Notes: a model not told the origin generated them from the letters alone. Counted from the first letter of the stretch, positions 52,665-62,866 are shown. The stretch is 64,000 nt of DNA from Nannocystales bacterium (GCA_050633305.1 JBOEGF010000020.1:312-64311); one strand, 5' to 3'. Program-made: numbers and translations.

Positions 52665-52892
52665 CTACTTGATGGCGTCGCCGGCGAGGTCGAGCACGTC
52701 TTGGACGGTCTTGCACTCGGGGACTTTTTCTTCGTCCACCTCGGCGCCGTTCTCATCGAGAAGCACGATCAGGTTGATGACCGCGGTGGAGTCCCAGCCC
52801 TCGAACTGCTTGAGCTCGGTCGCCGGCTCGAGCGCGTCTTCCGAGACCTGAAGCACGTTGGCCAGTTCCGCGATGAATTCGTCCTTGGTCAC
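52665..52892 (-). CDS. acyl carrier protein
   Basis: 75 aa, acidic; WDS phosphopantetheine site; KTVQDV. Confidence 0.9.
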   Translation of the reverse strand: MTKDEFIAELANVLQVSEDALEPATELKQFEGWDSTAVINLIVLLDENGAEVDEEKVPECKTVQDVLDLAGDAIK

Positions 52893-52997
52893 CCCTCCTG
52901 ACTACACCGGGCGCAGGGCGGAAAACAAGCACGGGGCGACCTCACCGCGACGTCACGCGACGGCCGGGCAGCACGGGTCGACTCGAAAAGAGACGCT

Positions 52998-55454
52998 TTA
53001 CCAGCGAGCCCGCAGGCCCACGGAAGGGATGATGTACCGGAAGCCTTGGGGGGTGCATTGCACGATCCCTCGGGCAGGATCCGGCGCCGCCGCCAGATCT
53101 CCACTACGCGTCGCGAACGTGTCCGGAGTGCCCTCTTCGGCCTCGGTGCACGCGAAGGTCTCCCGCGCGTAGGTCGCGTTGGAGATGTCGAGCGCGAGCG
53201 ACATCTGCCATTTGGGCCAACGCCAGATCCTCTCCGCCCGTAAGTCGAGTTGGAAGTAGGGCGGCAACCGAGCGTTGTTCCGCCGGGTTCGCAGGGCGTC
53301 GGTCTGGGATTCGTTGTCGTCCCTCGCCGTCCAGGGCCGGCCCGTGTGGTAGTGGACGCGGCCCCCGAAGTTCCACTTCTGGCTGATTCGATAGCCTAGA
53401 ACGACGTTCAAGATGTGCCGCTGATCCCAGCTCGCTGGCGCATTGCCTCCGACCTCGTAGTCCCGGGTTGCGCGTGACAGCGTGTACGCCACCCAGCCGA
53501 ACACGCGCAGCTGTGGATCCAGTTTGACCAGCGTCTCCAGCCCATACGACCAGCCGGTCACCGAGTTGATCACATCCTCCAGCTCGTTGATCGGGTTGTC
53601 CTCGTTCTCCGCGTCGATCTCGTAGTCTTGGAGGTTGCTCAGATACCCGACGTAGGCCTCCTGCTCGACGTTGAGGAGGCCAGGAACCGCTGCGAACTCG
53701 TACCCGAACGAGGTTTGTGCGTTTTGCTGTAGCCCTCGCTCGAAGCCAAAACTCTCGACGCCGGGGACCGGGATCGGGAACGTGGGCGGCTGGTGGTAGA
53801 GCCCGATCGCCTGCTTGAGGGCCCAACGATCGTTGAGACGCTCGCGCATGAGGAGACGCGGGTCGACACCGAATGCCGAAGTGTACGCCCGCGTGTTGAA
53901 CACGTAGGGGCTGGTGCCGACCTGCCCGTAGAAATCCGCACGAAGGCCGGGCCGAACCTGGACGTTGCCCTTGTTGAAGATCAGCTCCGCGTATCCGCCG
54001 GTGGCCGAGACGAAGCGCTCGCTGAAAAACAATCCCAGGTCAGCGGTGTTGAAATCGTCGTCTTCAGACTGCGGTGCCTCGATCCGGAAAAACTGAAACT
54101 CGGTATCGAGTCCCAAGCCGATCTCGACCGCTTTGTGTCGGGTGGGCAACCGGTAGTCGATGCGCGGCGCGATCCGGTACTCGCGCGTGAACACGTCGCC
54201 CAGGCCGGACGAGTCGAGACCCAGAACAACCGCATAGCTCGCCGTACCACCGCCTCGCAGCCGCTGCCGCACCCGGTTGTCGAAGCGGTGGAAGTTGAAC
54301 CGTAGGAAGGTGCTGGAGGGGGCGCCGCCAACCGCCCGCGTGCCGATGTCGTCGTAGCTTCCGTACGCGAACGCCGTGTACCGAGCACGTTGCCCCAGGT
54401 CGTGGTCGAAGCGTGCTTGGTAGTCCCAGAAGTTGATGCGAGCCGTCGAGTTGACCAGGCTCAGCACGCCCGCCGTGTAGCTGTAACGCCCTGCGAGGGT
54501 CAGCGCACCACGAGGAGCGCCCTTCTCACACTCGCGCCGCTTCTTGTTGCGCCGACAGTCTCGGTCGAGCACCGGTCTGGAGATCGGGACCTCGACCAGA
54601 CCCCCAGCATCCGTCAACCGAACATCCACCTCGCCATGGACCCGGTCGCGGCGGGCGGGGCGAGTCGTGGCCTCGATCAGCCCGGCGGTGAACCGTCCAA
54701 GCCGAACGGGTGCGCTGCCCGGGTAGAAGTCGACCGCGTCGATGAAGTACGGGTGGATGACCGAGGGTCCGATTGCGACGTGGTAGAGGATCGGGACTCG
54801 GGCGCCGTCGAGGTAGTAGCCGGTGTTGCCCGGTGCTGCCCCGCGAACCACGATGTAGGGCAGGAACCCCGCCAACCGGCTCACCCCCGGAAGCGCCGTC
54901 ACGACGCTCAGAGGGTCGCCACGAGTCCCCGGAACCTCGTGGATCTCTCGCCCTTCGAGTCGAGTGCTCGAGACCGCAACCGCCTGCTGCTGCTCGACGA
55001 CCGTCCGATACCGCTCGCCCTCCAAGCTGGTCTGCAGGAAGAACTCCATCTCGAGGTCCTGCTTGTCGACCAAGGCGACGTTGACCTCCAGGTCCTCGAA
55101 GCCGGGCGCCTTCACGATGAACACATGGTCGCCAGGTGAGAGGTCGGCCGAGAACGCACCGTTCACGTCGGTGTCGATGGGAGCGCTGCCGTCCTTGGGA
55201 AGCAGCCGCGCACCGCCGGCCGGATCTCGATCGCCGTAGACCAAGACTCGGCCGCGAAGCCGTGCTTGTCCCTCGGGCTCCTCGTCCTCGTCGGCCTTGT
55301 CCTCCTCCGCCTCCTCCGCCGGCTCGTCCGTCGGGTCCGGCTCGCTCACGCTTGTGGCGTCCGTAGGCGCCGGCGGAGTCGCGTCAGGCCCCGTCGGCAC
55401 TGGCGCACTCAGTGCCGCAGCAATCGCCCAGACCCAAGCGCTCAAGGTGGTCAT
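52998..55454 (-). CDS. TonB-dependent receptor (myxobacterial type)
   Basis: VPGTRGDPL...LPGV, VRGAAPG, YPGSAPVRLGR plug; DQRHILN, RLPPYFQLDLR; terminal W. Confidence 0.92.
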   Translation of the reverse strand: MTTLSAWVWAIAAALSAPVPTGPDATPPAPTDATSVSEPDPTDEPAEEAEEDKADEDEEPEGQARLRGRVLVYGDRDPAGGARLLPKDGSAPIDTDVNGAFSADLSPGDHVFIVKAPGFEDLEVNVALVDKQDLEMEFFLQTSLEGERYRTVVEQQQAVAVSSTRLEGREIHEVPGTRGDPLSVVTALPGVSRLAGFLPYIVVRGAAPGNTGYYLDGARVPILYHVAIGPSVIHPYFIDAVDFYPGSAPVRLGRFTAGLIEATTRPARRDRVHGEVDVRLTDAGGLVEVPISRPVLDRDCRRNKKRRECEKGAPRGALTLAGRYSYTAGVLSLVNSTARINFWDYQARFDHDLGQRARYTAFAYGSYDDIGTRAVGGAPSSTFLRFNFHRFDNRVRQRLRGGGTASYAVVLGLDSSGLGDVFTREYRIAPRIDYRLPTRHKAVEIGLGLDTEFQFFRIEAPQSEDDDFNTADLGLFFSERFVSATGGYAELIFNKGNVQVRPGLRADFYGQVGTSPYVFNTRAYTSAFGVDPRLLMRERLNDRWALKQAIGLYHQPPTFPIPVPGVESFGFERGLQQNAQTSFGYEFAAVPGLLNVEQEAYVGYLSNLQDYEIDAENEDNPINELEDVINSVTGWSYGLETLVKLDPQLRVFGWVAYTLSRATRDYEVGGNAPASWDQRHILNVVLGYRISQKWNFGGRVHYHTGRPWTARDDNESQTDALRTRRNNARLPPYFQLDLRAERIWRWPKWQMSLALDISNATYARETFACTEAEEGTPDTFATRSGDLAAAPDPARGIVQCTPQGFRYIIPSVGLRARW

Positions 55455-55501
55455 GGTCGCGCCGCGCGGACCCGAGCGTCAACCCGGTCCCCGGCCGGGC
55501 G

Positions 55502-56392
55502 CTACGCGCCAGATTCCACGTCTGACGCAGCGGCTTCGAGGACGGCGCCGATTCGGGCATGCACGTCCGCGTCATACGCCGTCGCGTGGAGCTTCTGCTC
55601 CTTCATGTTGGTGTCGAAGTAGCGACCCGTGCTGCCGGAGATCTCCGAACTCGTTGCCGCCCAGATCGTGGACCGGGCCGCGTTCGCGGCACTCTTGCCT
55701 CCGTCGTCCGCGAAGAGAAGCCGGAACAGCGGGTACAAGATCTTCATCCAGCCGGGCAAGGTCTTGACCGACAACGAGGCGGTCATGGCTGTCGATGCCC
55801 TCCCGGGAAAGACAACGTGGACTGCGACGCCCTCGGACTCGAGTTCTCGGGAGAGCATCATCGACATCGCTTCGAGGATGCTCTTGGAGTGCGTGTACGT
55901 GACCAGGCCCTTGAAGCCCTTCTCTGCTTGGAGATTGTCCGCGTCGATGGCCGCAGGCTTGTCTCCACCGGTCACGTTCAGTACGCGCGGCTTCCCAGCG
56001 GCTGTGAGTGCTGGCAGCAGAGCGTGGGTCAGCCGCCACGGCGCCAACACGTTCACGGCGAAGTGCATCTCGAGTCCATCGCCGCTCGTCTTCGACTCGC
56101 TACCCAGATACCCGGCGTTGTTCACGAGCACGTCGATTCGCTCGACGCGGCCGAGAATCGAGCTTGCGAGCGCGTCGATGCCCGCGACGGAGGACACGTC
56201 CCCGACTACGAGCGAGACATTGGCGTTCCCGGTGGCCTCGATGATCTGCTTCGCGGCCGCCTCGCCGCGCTCCCGGTTGCGTCCCGTGATGACGACGTGG
56301 GCTCCGGTCTTCGCGATCCCCAGCGCGCTCTGGTATCCGATTCCGCCGCTCCCACCCGTGATGACCACCGTCTGCGTTTCTTGGCTTGCCAT
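55502..56392 (-). CDS. short-chain dehydrogenase/reductase (retinol-DH-like)
   Basis: ITGGSGGIG, DVLVNNAG, YTHSK. Confidence 0.93.
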   Translation of the reverse strand: MASQETQTVVITGGSGGIGYQSALGIAKTGAHVVITGRNRERGEAAAKQIIEATGNANVSLVVGDVSSVAGIDALASSILGRVERIDVLVNNAGYLGSESKTSGDGLEMHFAVNVLAPWRLTHALLPALTAAGKPRVLNVTGGDKPAAIDADNLQAEKGFKGLVTYTHSKSILEAMSMMLSRELESEGVAVHVVFPGRASTAMTASLSVKTLPGWMKILYPLFRLLFADDGGKSAANAARSTIWAATSSEISGSTGRYFDTNMKEQKLHATAYDADVHARIGAVLEAAASDVESGA

Positions 56393-56466
56393 GCTGCGCC
56401 CCTGTGCTCCCGCCCTTGGTGTAGTTCTGCGCGCTGACGCACGCAACGCCACCACGCGCGCACCAC

Positions 56467-56485
56467 ATGTGCGAATATGCGACAT
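56467..56485. promoter_or_regulatory. LysR-type binding box (T-N11-A)
   Basis: ATGT-N11-ACAT palindrome between the divergent SDR and LysR genes. Confidence 0.6.
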
Positions 56486-56492
56486 TCTATAG

Positions 56493-57368
56493 ATGGACGC
56501 CTGGGACGAGATTCGAACCGCATACGCGGTTGCGCGGCTGGGAACTGTCAGCGCTGCGGCTGTTCAACTCGGCGTCCACCGGGCCACCGTGATCCGGCAC
56601 ATCGACGCCCTCGAGGCGAACCTGGGAACGAAGCTGTTCCAGCGGCATGCCCGTGGCTACACCCCGACCGAAGCGGGGCAGGATCTCGAGCGGGTCGCAC
56701 GAACAACTCAGGAGCAACTCGATAGGTTCGCCGGCCGTGCGCGCGGACGCGAGAGCATCGTGAGCGGTGAACTCATCGTGACCTCGGTCGAGCTCGTCTC
56801 CCCCCTCGTTGCCCGTGCCCTCGCACGTGTCCGAAAGAGACACCCCGAGGTGACGATACGCTACGTCGCTAGCGGCCGGGTTCTTCAGCTCGCGTATGGA
56901 GAGGCGCACCTTGCAATTCGCGCGGGGTCAAAGCCCGACCACCCCGACAACGTGGTGCGACCGTTCGCCCCGCTGTGGTCCACGCTCTACGCCCACGCGT
57001 CCTACGTGAACGAACACGGCCTGCCCACCTCGCAGGACGAGTTCGCGGACCACGTGTTCCTCTCGCACGAAGATCCGAGCCGCTCGCCCATCTTCCGCTG
57101 GATGGAGTCGGTCATTCCGAACCGAAACATCGTGTTCCGCAGCGGTAGTCAACGTGTGCTGATGGAGAGCCTCCTCGCAGGAATCGGAATCGGCTTCATG
57201 CCGGTCTTGCAGGCAAGCGCGGACCCCGAACTCCACGAGGTGATGCCACCGCGCCCGGACTGGTCGGTCCCCCTGTGGCTCGTCACCCACGTCGATCTTC
57301 ACCGCACGGCAAAAGTGAAAGCGGTCGTTGAGGCGATGTCCCAGGTGGCAGACGAGCTGAAGGCCTGA
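56493..57368 (+). CDS. LysR-family transcriptional regulator
   Basis: WDEIRTAY...GTVSAAAVQLGVHRATVIRHI; WLVTHVDLHRTAKV. Confidence 0.95.
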   Translation: MDAWDEIRTAYAVARLGTVSAAAVQLGVHRATVIRHIDALEANLGTKLFQRHARGYTPTEAGQDLERVARTTQEQLDRFAGRARGRESIVSGELIVTSVELVSPLVARALARVRKRHPEVTIRYVASGRVLQLAYGEAHLAIRAGSKPDHPDNVVRPFAPLWSTLYAHASYVNEHGLPTSQDEFADHVFLSHEDPSRSPIFRWMESVIPNRNIVFRSGSQRVLMESLLAGIGIGFMPVLQASADPELHEVMPPRPDWSVPLWLVTHVDLHRTAKVKAVVEAMSQVADELKA

Positions 57369-57428
57369 TCCGGGGAGGACGGACAGCCTTCAGTTTCGTC
57401 TTGCGCGCCTGAGCGCGGAACACCGGAC

Positions 57429-59750
57429 TCAACCGCAACGAAGACCGCAGACGCTCCCCACAGCCGCCACGCACACTGAGTCCCACGCGGTGTCGCAACA
57501 ATACGGGTCGGCGTTGCAGATCGCGCTCGTGCAGCTGGGGGACACGGGGGTATCGCAGCCAGCGGGGAGGTTGTCGCCGGCGGTGCACACCGAGTGTTTG
57601 CACGAACCGAGGCTCGCGTCGCATTGAACCTGATCGCACACCGACAACACTTGGCCCACGCACACCGAATCCCAAGCGTTGTCACAACAGTACGGGTCTG
57701 CGTCGCAGATGGCCATGACGCACGGGTCGCACCCTGCCTCGAGCGCGCCCCCCGCCTCGCAGGTTGGGTGGTCGGTCACGCACGCGACCACCTCCTTGAC
57801 GACCAGGTCGGAGAGCACCGTGACCGATGGCGCGTTGCCATCCGTCTGAACAAACAAGGCGATGGGAGCATCCTGCCCCGTGCCGTCAAGCGTCACGCCG
57901 CCGTCGTTGGTGGCGCAAGGGACCTGAGTCTCCGACCCATCCGCAAACATCAGCCCGCACGTCAGGTCCCCAGAATCCCCCGACAAGCCCACGTGCCAAG
58001 AGCGACCCGGTACCAATGCGAGGCCAGTCGCGACCAACCGCTGCTCAGGCTTCAGCGTGGCCGCGAAACCACCAGCTCCAGAGTCGTTGAACACGACGGG
58101 GCGGACGTCCGCCTTGAGGTTTTGGACGTCGAGCACGCCGTAGCTCATGCGGTTGTGCATCGTGTCAAACGCCCCCGATGCCCCATCCGGGACCAGCAAG
58201 ACCTGACTGACTGCGAGTTCCTGGGTCGTACTCCCATCCACCATCGCGACAGTCATCGGGCCCGAGGTCGCACCATCGGCGATGAAGCTCGCCGAGAGCA
58301 CCTTGGACGCGTCGTTCCCAACCCAGTCTTCGTCCTGGCCAGTGAAGATGTGCTTTGCGACAATGGTGCCGCCCATCCGCAGCTCCACGGTTGTGGGGAA
58401 CTTGTTGGCCCACACTCTCACCGACGCCCGATACCTCTGGCCAATCTCACGGGGCTTGAGGACGAGGTTCTTGGGGGTGACCGCGTCAAATCGAAGGGCC
58501 AGAGTCGTCGTCAGATCGAGTCGTGAAAATCCGACACACGACGGACACACCCCAGGCCGGAATCGCCAGTAGGGGTCGTACTGGAGGTCCCCTGCAAACC
58601 TGTCGCACGCGAGCCAGTACGCGAGGCGGGTCGAAAACACGGCCGCGTCCGAGCAGCTTGCGGGGATGTACTTGTCGACGAAGTACTGCGTGACCTCGGG
58701 GTGCATGGTCCGGATCGTGGTCGCGCTATCCGAGTCGGCCCCCGCAACGTGACAGAGGTTCCCGCTGATCGATCCGTGCCCGGTGGTTACGGGACCGAGG
58801 AGCTCGGGCGTCAGCTCGTCGTCTTTGCGCATCACCCCGCTGCCCGAGGTGCCGTGGCACCCCCTTAGGTTTGTGCTGATGACCACGCCGGTCGGTGGAG
58901 AGACAACCCGCCACCGATCGCCATCGTAGTCGGTGGACAACAACGGGAGCATCTGATGGCGCTCCCCCGCACCGATGTAGTGATAGTTGGAGGCGTACGC
59001 CAACTTCTGAACATAGTGTTCCTCGAAGTCCGAAGCGGAGGGCTCAGCGAGGGGAGGCTCGTACAGCTCGTGATACCAAGGGAGCGCGACCCCATCGGAG
59101 TTTGCGACGGAGTCGGCGACGTTGACGTAATCGTGGCGCGCGCCGTCCACCGGATCACAGTCGAGGATTCCGATGTCGAGCGCAGACATCGACAGCGGTA
59201 CAGAAATGTCACTCGGCGTGATGTCACAGTTGATTGGCGTTTCGCCCGAGTAGCACCGAGACCGAACCTTGCAGATGTAACGGTCGTACGAGTGGCCAGG
59301 CGCGTCGGTATGGTTGTACGCCGGGAAGACCCCGCTAATCGTCGGGTCGGGCACGAACCCGGCCTCGACGCGTGGCGTCCGGACTTCCACCTCATCGAGT
59401 TCAGACAGACCGGGCAGACAATGGCCTGCCGTGACCGCGATGGTGGGCGATACGAAAGTCACCCCGCAGGTCCCCGAGATGTCATCTTCCGTGGGCGGAT
59501 TCGCTGGCCCCGTGGCCGCGGTTCCTACCAGCCGGACGATGAGGTGGCCTGTGGAACGCAAAGCAGTTCCGACCGGGCCGACAGGCCGGGTCTCGACGTC
59601 GAAGTATTCGCCTTCCGCGGTCGTCAGTGCACGGAAGACCGAATCATCCTCCGCCTCCGTTTCCGATGGCGCGGAGGATTCGTCACACGCCGTGGACGCA
59701 AGCAGAAGGATCGATGGGAGGAGGCGGGAGACGGGGGGCAACTGAAGCAT
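57429..59750 (-). CDS. trypsin-like serine protease lipoprotein with two C-terminal Cys-rich DPYCC..WD repeats
   Basis: Lipobox STAC; TAGHC (His), DIGIL (Asp), GCHGTSGSG (Ser); two ICxADPYCCDxAWDSVCV repeats. Confidence 0.85.
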   Translation of the reverse strand: MLQLPPVSRLLPSILLLASTACDESSAPSETEAEDDSVFRALTTAEGEYFDVETRPVGPVGTALRSTGHLIVRLVGTAATGPANPPTEDDISGTCGVTFVSPTIAVTAGHCLPGLSELDEVEVRTPRVEAGFVPDPTISGVFPAYNHTDAPGHSYDRYICKVRSRCYSGETPINCDITPSDISVPLSMSALDIGILDCDPVDGARHDYVNVADSVANSDGVALPWYHELYEPPLAEPSASDFEEHYVQKLAYASNYHYIGAGERHQMLPLLSTDYDGDRWRVVSPPTGVVISTNLRGCHGTSGSGVMRKDDELTPELLGPVTTGHGSISGNLCHVAGADSDSATTIRTMHPEVTQYFVDKYIPASCSDAAVFSTRLAYWLACDRFAGDLQYDPYWRFRPGVCPSCVGFSRLDLTTTLALRFDAVTPKNLVLKPREIGQRYRASVRVWANKFPTTVELRMGGTIVAKHIFTGQDEDWVGNDASKVLSASFIADGATSGPMTVAMVDGSTTQELAVSQVLLVPDGASGAFDTMHNRMSYGVLDVQNLKADVRPVVFNDSGAGGFAATLKPEQRLVATGLALVPGRSWHVGLSGDSGDLTCGLMFADGSETQVPCATNDGGVTLDGTGQDAPIALFVQTDGNAPSVTVLSDLVVKEVVACVTDHPTCEAGGALEAGCDPCVMAICDADPYCCDNAWDSVCVGQVLSVCDQVQCDASLGSCKHSVCTAGDNLPAGCDTPVSPSCTSAICNADPYCCDTAWDSVCVAAVGSVCGLRCG

Positions 59751-59895
59751 CGGTGGGTCGGTAGTTGTCGACGCGGCGCAACCGTTCCCAACCAATGTGC
59801 CGTCCCCGACAACGCTGCATCTCCGAACGACGCGTGCCACGGGGCACACGCGTGGCGCATGGGCTCGACTGTCACGAGCCCGGCGCCTCCCCCCT

Positions 59896-60411
59896 TCAAG
59901 ACGGGCAAGGAACGCCGCACGTCACGGTCGTTCCGTCCTCGCACATCGTCACCTCGCCGTCGCAGGTATCGAGAGAGCAGTTCCCGTTGATACCCGATGG
60001 ACAGCTCAGCGAGCAGCTTGCCCCGGCCTCGCAGTTGGCGTGGCACGGCGGTGCGTCGCAGACGAACGCGCACGAGCTCCGGGGTCCGCAAGTGCACTGA
60101 CCGTTGGCGCACGCGCCATCACAGCTGGGGTTGTCGCCATCGCACGTCACGTGGCACGGCGGTGCATCGCAAGCGAAGGAGCACGCCGCGCCGGTCCGGC
60201 AGATACAGTCACCGTTTGCACACTCCGCCTCGCAGTTCGACCCCTCGAGGCAGTCAACGTGACACGGTGGCGCTGCGCACCCGATCTCGCAGTTCGCGTT
60301 GGCTTCACACACGCACGTCCCGTTGGCGCACGGTTTCTCCTCGGCGTCGCCGCAGGCCGCCCCCATGACCCATACAACCGCAAGTCCGACGACCCATCTG
60401 AGATGCGGCAC
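59896..60411 (-). CDS. Cys-rich repeat lipoprotein
   Basis: Lipobox GAAC; three C[AD]APPCH-containing repeats; start uncertain. Confidence 0.75.
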   Translation of the reverse strand: MPHLRWVVGLAVVWVMGAACGDAEEKPCANGTCVCEANANCEIGCAAPPCHVDCLEGSNCEAECANGDCICRTGAACSFACDAPPCHVTCDGDNPSCDGACANGQCTCGPRSSCAFVCDAPPCHANCEAGASCSLSCPSGINGNCSLDTCDGEVTMCEDGTTVTCGVPCPS

Positions 60412-60540
60412 CCCGAGATCGTGCGATATCGCGACGCCACCCGTCAAACGGCTCACCGAACGAAGAAGAGGACACCCAGCCGCGGACGACACGCGAACTC
60501 GGTAACACCGGCCGCGGACCTGCCGTTCGACAAGCGAATC

Positions 60541-61353
60541 ATGGTCGTCGCTCCCCTCGCCCTCGCCGGATCCGGTTTCGCCACCGTTCTGACCTCCTGG
60601 GTCACCTACATGGCGACCGTGCCATCTGGGAGGGTGCCCCTACGACCCTACGGTCACTTCGCGGCTCAGGCTGTGGGCGCTGGACTCGCGGCGACGGGGG
60701 TGGCCGCTGCTGCTACCTCCGGGAGTGCCCTTCTCGCACCCGCGCTGGCCGCAGCACCCGCCCTCGCCCTGGCCGGGACGTTCGGCTACTTGTACAGCCA
60801 ACGCGCCACCCCGATTGGTCGGCTGCGGGTCGCGGTCGGGGACTCTCTGCGCCCGTTCACCGCGCTGACCCCAGAAGGAAAGCCCTTCGACAGCGCCGCC
60901 TTTCGCGGCAAGCGAGTCTTGCTCAAGTTCTTTCGCGGCCACTGGTGACCCTATTGCAGCGCCGAGTTGCGGCGCTTCGAAGCAATCGCCTCCGAGCTCG
61001 CCGAGTACGGCGTGGAGGTTGTGGCCCTGAGCAAAGACACCCCCGAAGAGGCAACCTGGCATCGGAAGCGCGACAATCTCTCGGTCCCGTTGCTGTGCGA
61101 TCCCAAGCTCGAGGTGCTCAAGGACTACGGTGCCGAGCACCACAAGGCCGTGGAGTTCTCCACGGGCAAGTTCACGATCATGGGGGTCTCGCTCGCGCTC
61201 GTGCCCGCGTTCAAGTCGATGGCGATCCCCACCACCCTCCTGGTCGACGAACACGGAACCATCCAGTGGATTGACCAGGCCGACGACTACCGCATTCGTA
61301 GCGCGACGGACCGCGTCATGACGCATGTTCGTCGGGTGTTCGCGGAGACCTGA
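60541..61353 (+). CDS. membrane-anchored AhpC/TSA (peroxiredoxin-like) selenoprotein; UGA 60946-60948 read as Sec
   Basis: Two in-frame ORFs joined by one TGA give FFRGHW-U-PYC; thioredoxin-fold motifs on both sides (VGDSLRPF; AIPTTLLVDEHGTIQW...DYRIR); hairpin immediately 3' of the UGA. Confidence 0.88.
60953..60986 (+). promoter_or_regulatory. putative bacterial SECIS element
   Basis: ATTGC-AGCGCCG-[AGTTG]-CGGCGCT-tcgaa-GCAAT: perfect 7-bp upper stem, 5-bp lower stem, 16 nt between the UGA and the loop, G at loop position 2. Confidence 0.8.
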
Positions 61354-61403
61354 GCCATCAGCGGGAGCACAACGGGAGGTCTTGCTCCTGCGGCCAGCGC
61401 CCC

Positions 61404-61937
61404 CTAGAAGCGAAGCACCGGGCCGGCGGCGAACTCGAGTTCGTAGACCCAGCCGTGTGGCTCATCGACCGCAGCAAAGTCGAGTTCGGCGGAGGCACCC
61501 CACCGGTTGCTTGCCCACACATACATCCCCGTCGCTGCGATGGCTCCGGGCGCGACGAACTGCTCCTCGCCCACGCCAAACGCCACCACAGCCCCCAGTC
61601 CGACGAACGGATCAAAGCGGTGACTCGCGTGAAACGGCTTCTTGAGCAGGATGTCGACCGGAAGCACGGGGCCTGCCTCGGAGAACAACGCATTCATGCT
61701 CACCTCGAGTTCGAGCCATCGGGGCACCAGCGTGCGCTCGTACGCGAAGCCGAATCCCCCCTGCGGCTTCGCATCGCGGCCCGCCCCCTCTTCGAACGCG
61801 GCGACCCCGATCGCTCGTACCCCGACCAGGTTGTGATGGTGCAGTGGGCAAACCATCTCGTCGTGTGCGTGGACGGGAGGTTCGTCCGCGTCGGGGTTGC
61901 CGGACAGGGCCAGCACGAAGAGCAACGGGTTCGACAT
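61404..61937 (-). CDS. small outer-membrane beta-barrel-like protein with His-rich N-terminus
   Basis: Signal peptide, HAHDEMVCPLHHH, alternating strands, terminal Phe. Confidence 0.72.
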   Translation of the reverse strand: MSNPLLFVLALSGNPDADEPPVHAHDEMVCPLHHHNLVGVRAIGVAAFEEGAGRDAKPQGGFGFAYERTLVPRWLELEVSMNALFSEAGPVLPVDILLKKPFHASHRFDPFVGLGAVVAFGVGEEQFVAPGAIAATGMYVWASNRWGASAELDFAAVDEPHGWVYELEFAAGPVLRF

Positions 61938-62007
61938 CGGCGGGCTCCGTCGAGGCAACGCATGCCCGCCGCACGGTGTTACTTCGGGTGCGGGTTTTCG
62001 CAGTCCA

Positions 62008-62859
62008 TCAAGCCTGAAGCACGGGCGCCCAGACCTCGGTGCGCAGCTCCGTCTCGGGCACCTCGTGCGGAAGGTTCAGGTAGAACTCCAGGCATGGGCC
62101 GTCGCCCAGGGGAGTCCCGGTGCTCGGGAACCAACCCCCAACAAGCCGCAGGTACGTCTGGGAAAGTGTTGCGTAGCTCCCTTCGTGGATTGCGACCGCC
62201 CATCGACCACCGGGTACCTTGCGCCGGAATAACGGTGGGGGGAGAGGGTCTGCGTTTGGAGAGAGCAGCCCGACGTCGTAGCGCATGAGCTCCGACGGCG
62301 TGATGTCGGGGTCGTCGGGATAGCGACCGACAAGCTGTTGCGACCCGTCAAACAATCCCTCCGCGGACACCTTCCCCAGGAAGTCCTGCCAAACACCGGG
62401 GGCCTCGGTAAACGGCCCCTGATGGCCCATGCACGTCATCGAGATCCCCTCGACATCGCGGAGCTCGACCTCGGCCGGTTGCAGTGGGGGCATGTCGACC
62501 GACCTCGCCTCGCGCGGATGAGGCTGGTCGCGAAACACCGAAGGCGCACAACCGAAGTGCGCGGCAAAGGCCCGCGTGAAGCCTTCATGCGACCCAAACC
62601 CCGACTCGAGGGCGATGTTCAGCACCGACGTGTCGCTGTGATGCAGGCGCCGTGCTGCGCGTTCGAGCCGAAGCCTCCGCACGCACTCCATCACCGACTC
62701 TCCCGTCACCCCGCGGAAGACTCGGTGAAAGTGATGCGGCGAAAAGTGAGCCACCTTCGCCAGGTCCGCGGGACGGACGTCCTCCAGAACGTGTTCGTCG
62801 AGCCAAGCGCGGGCGCGGTCGATGCGAGCGCGGTACGAGGCATGCGTCGAGGCCCTCAT
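62008..62859 (-). CDS. AraC-family regulator with GyrI-like effector domain
   Basis: FSPHHFHRVF...RRLRLERAA...GFGSHEGFTRAF; HEGSY...LEFYLN...ELRTEV. Confidence 0.93.
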   Translation of the reverse strand: MRASTHASYRARIDRARAWLDEHVLEDVRPADLAKVAHFSPHHFHRVFRGVTGESVMECVRRLRLERAARRLHHSDTSVLNIALESGFGSHEGFTRAFAAHFGCAPSVFRDQPHPREARSVDMPPLQPAEVELRDVEGISMTCMGHQGPFTEAPGVWQDFLGKVSAEGLFDGSQQLVGRYPDDPDITPSELMRYDVGLLSPNADPLPPPLFRRKVPGGRWAVAIHEGSYATLSQTYLRLVGGWFPSTGTPLGDGPCLEFYLNLPHEVPETELRTEVWAPVLQA

Positions 62860-62866
62860 CTGTGCC

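Noticed and set aside
60945..61274. Separate 109-aa ORF, or two independent genes around 60948
   Set aside because: Better explained by one Sec-containing CDS at 60541-61353
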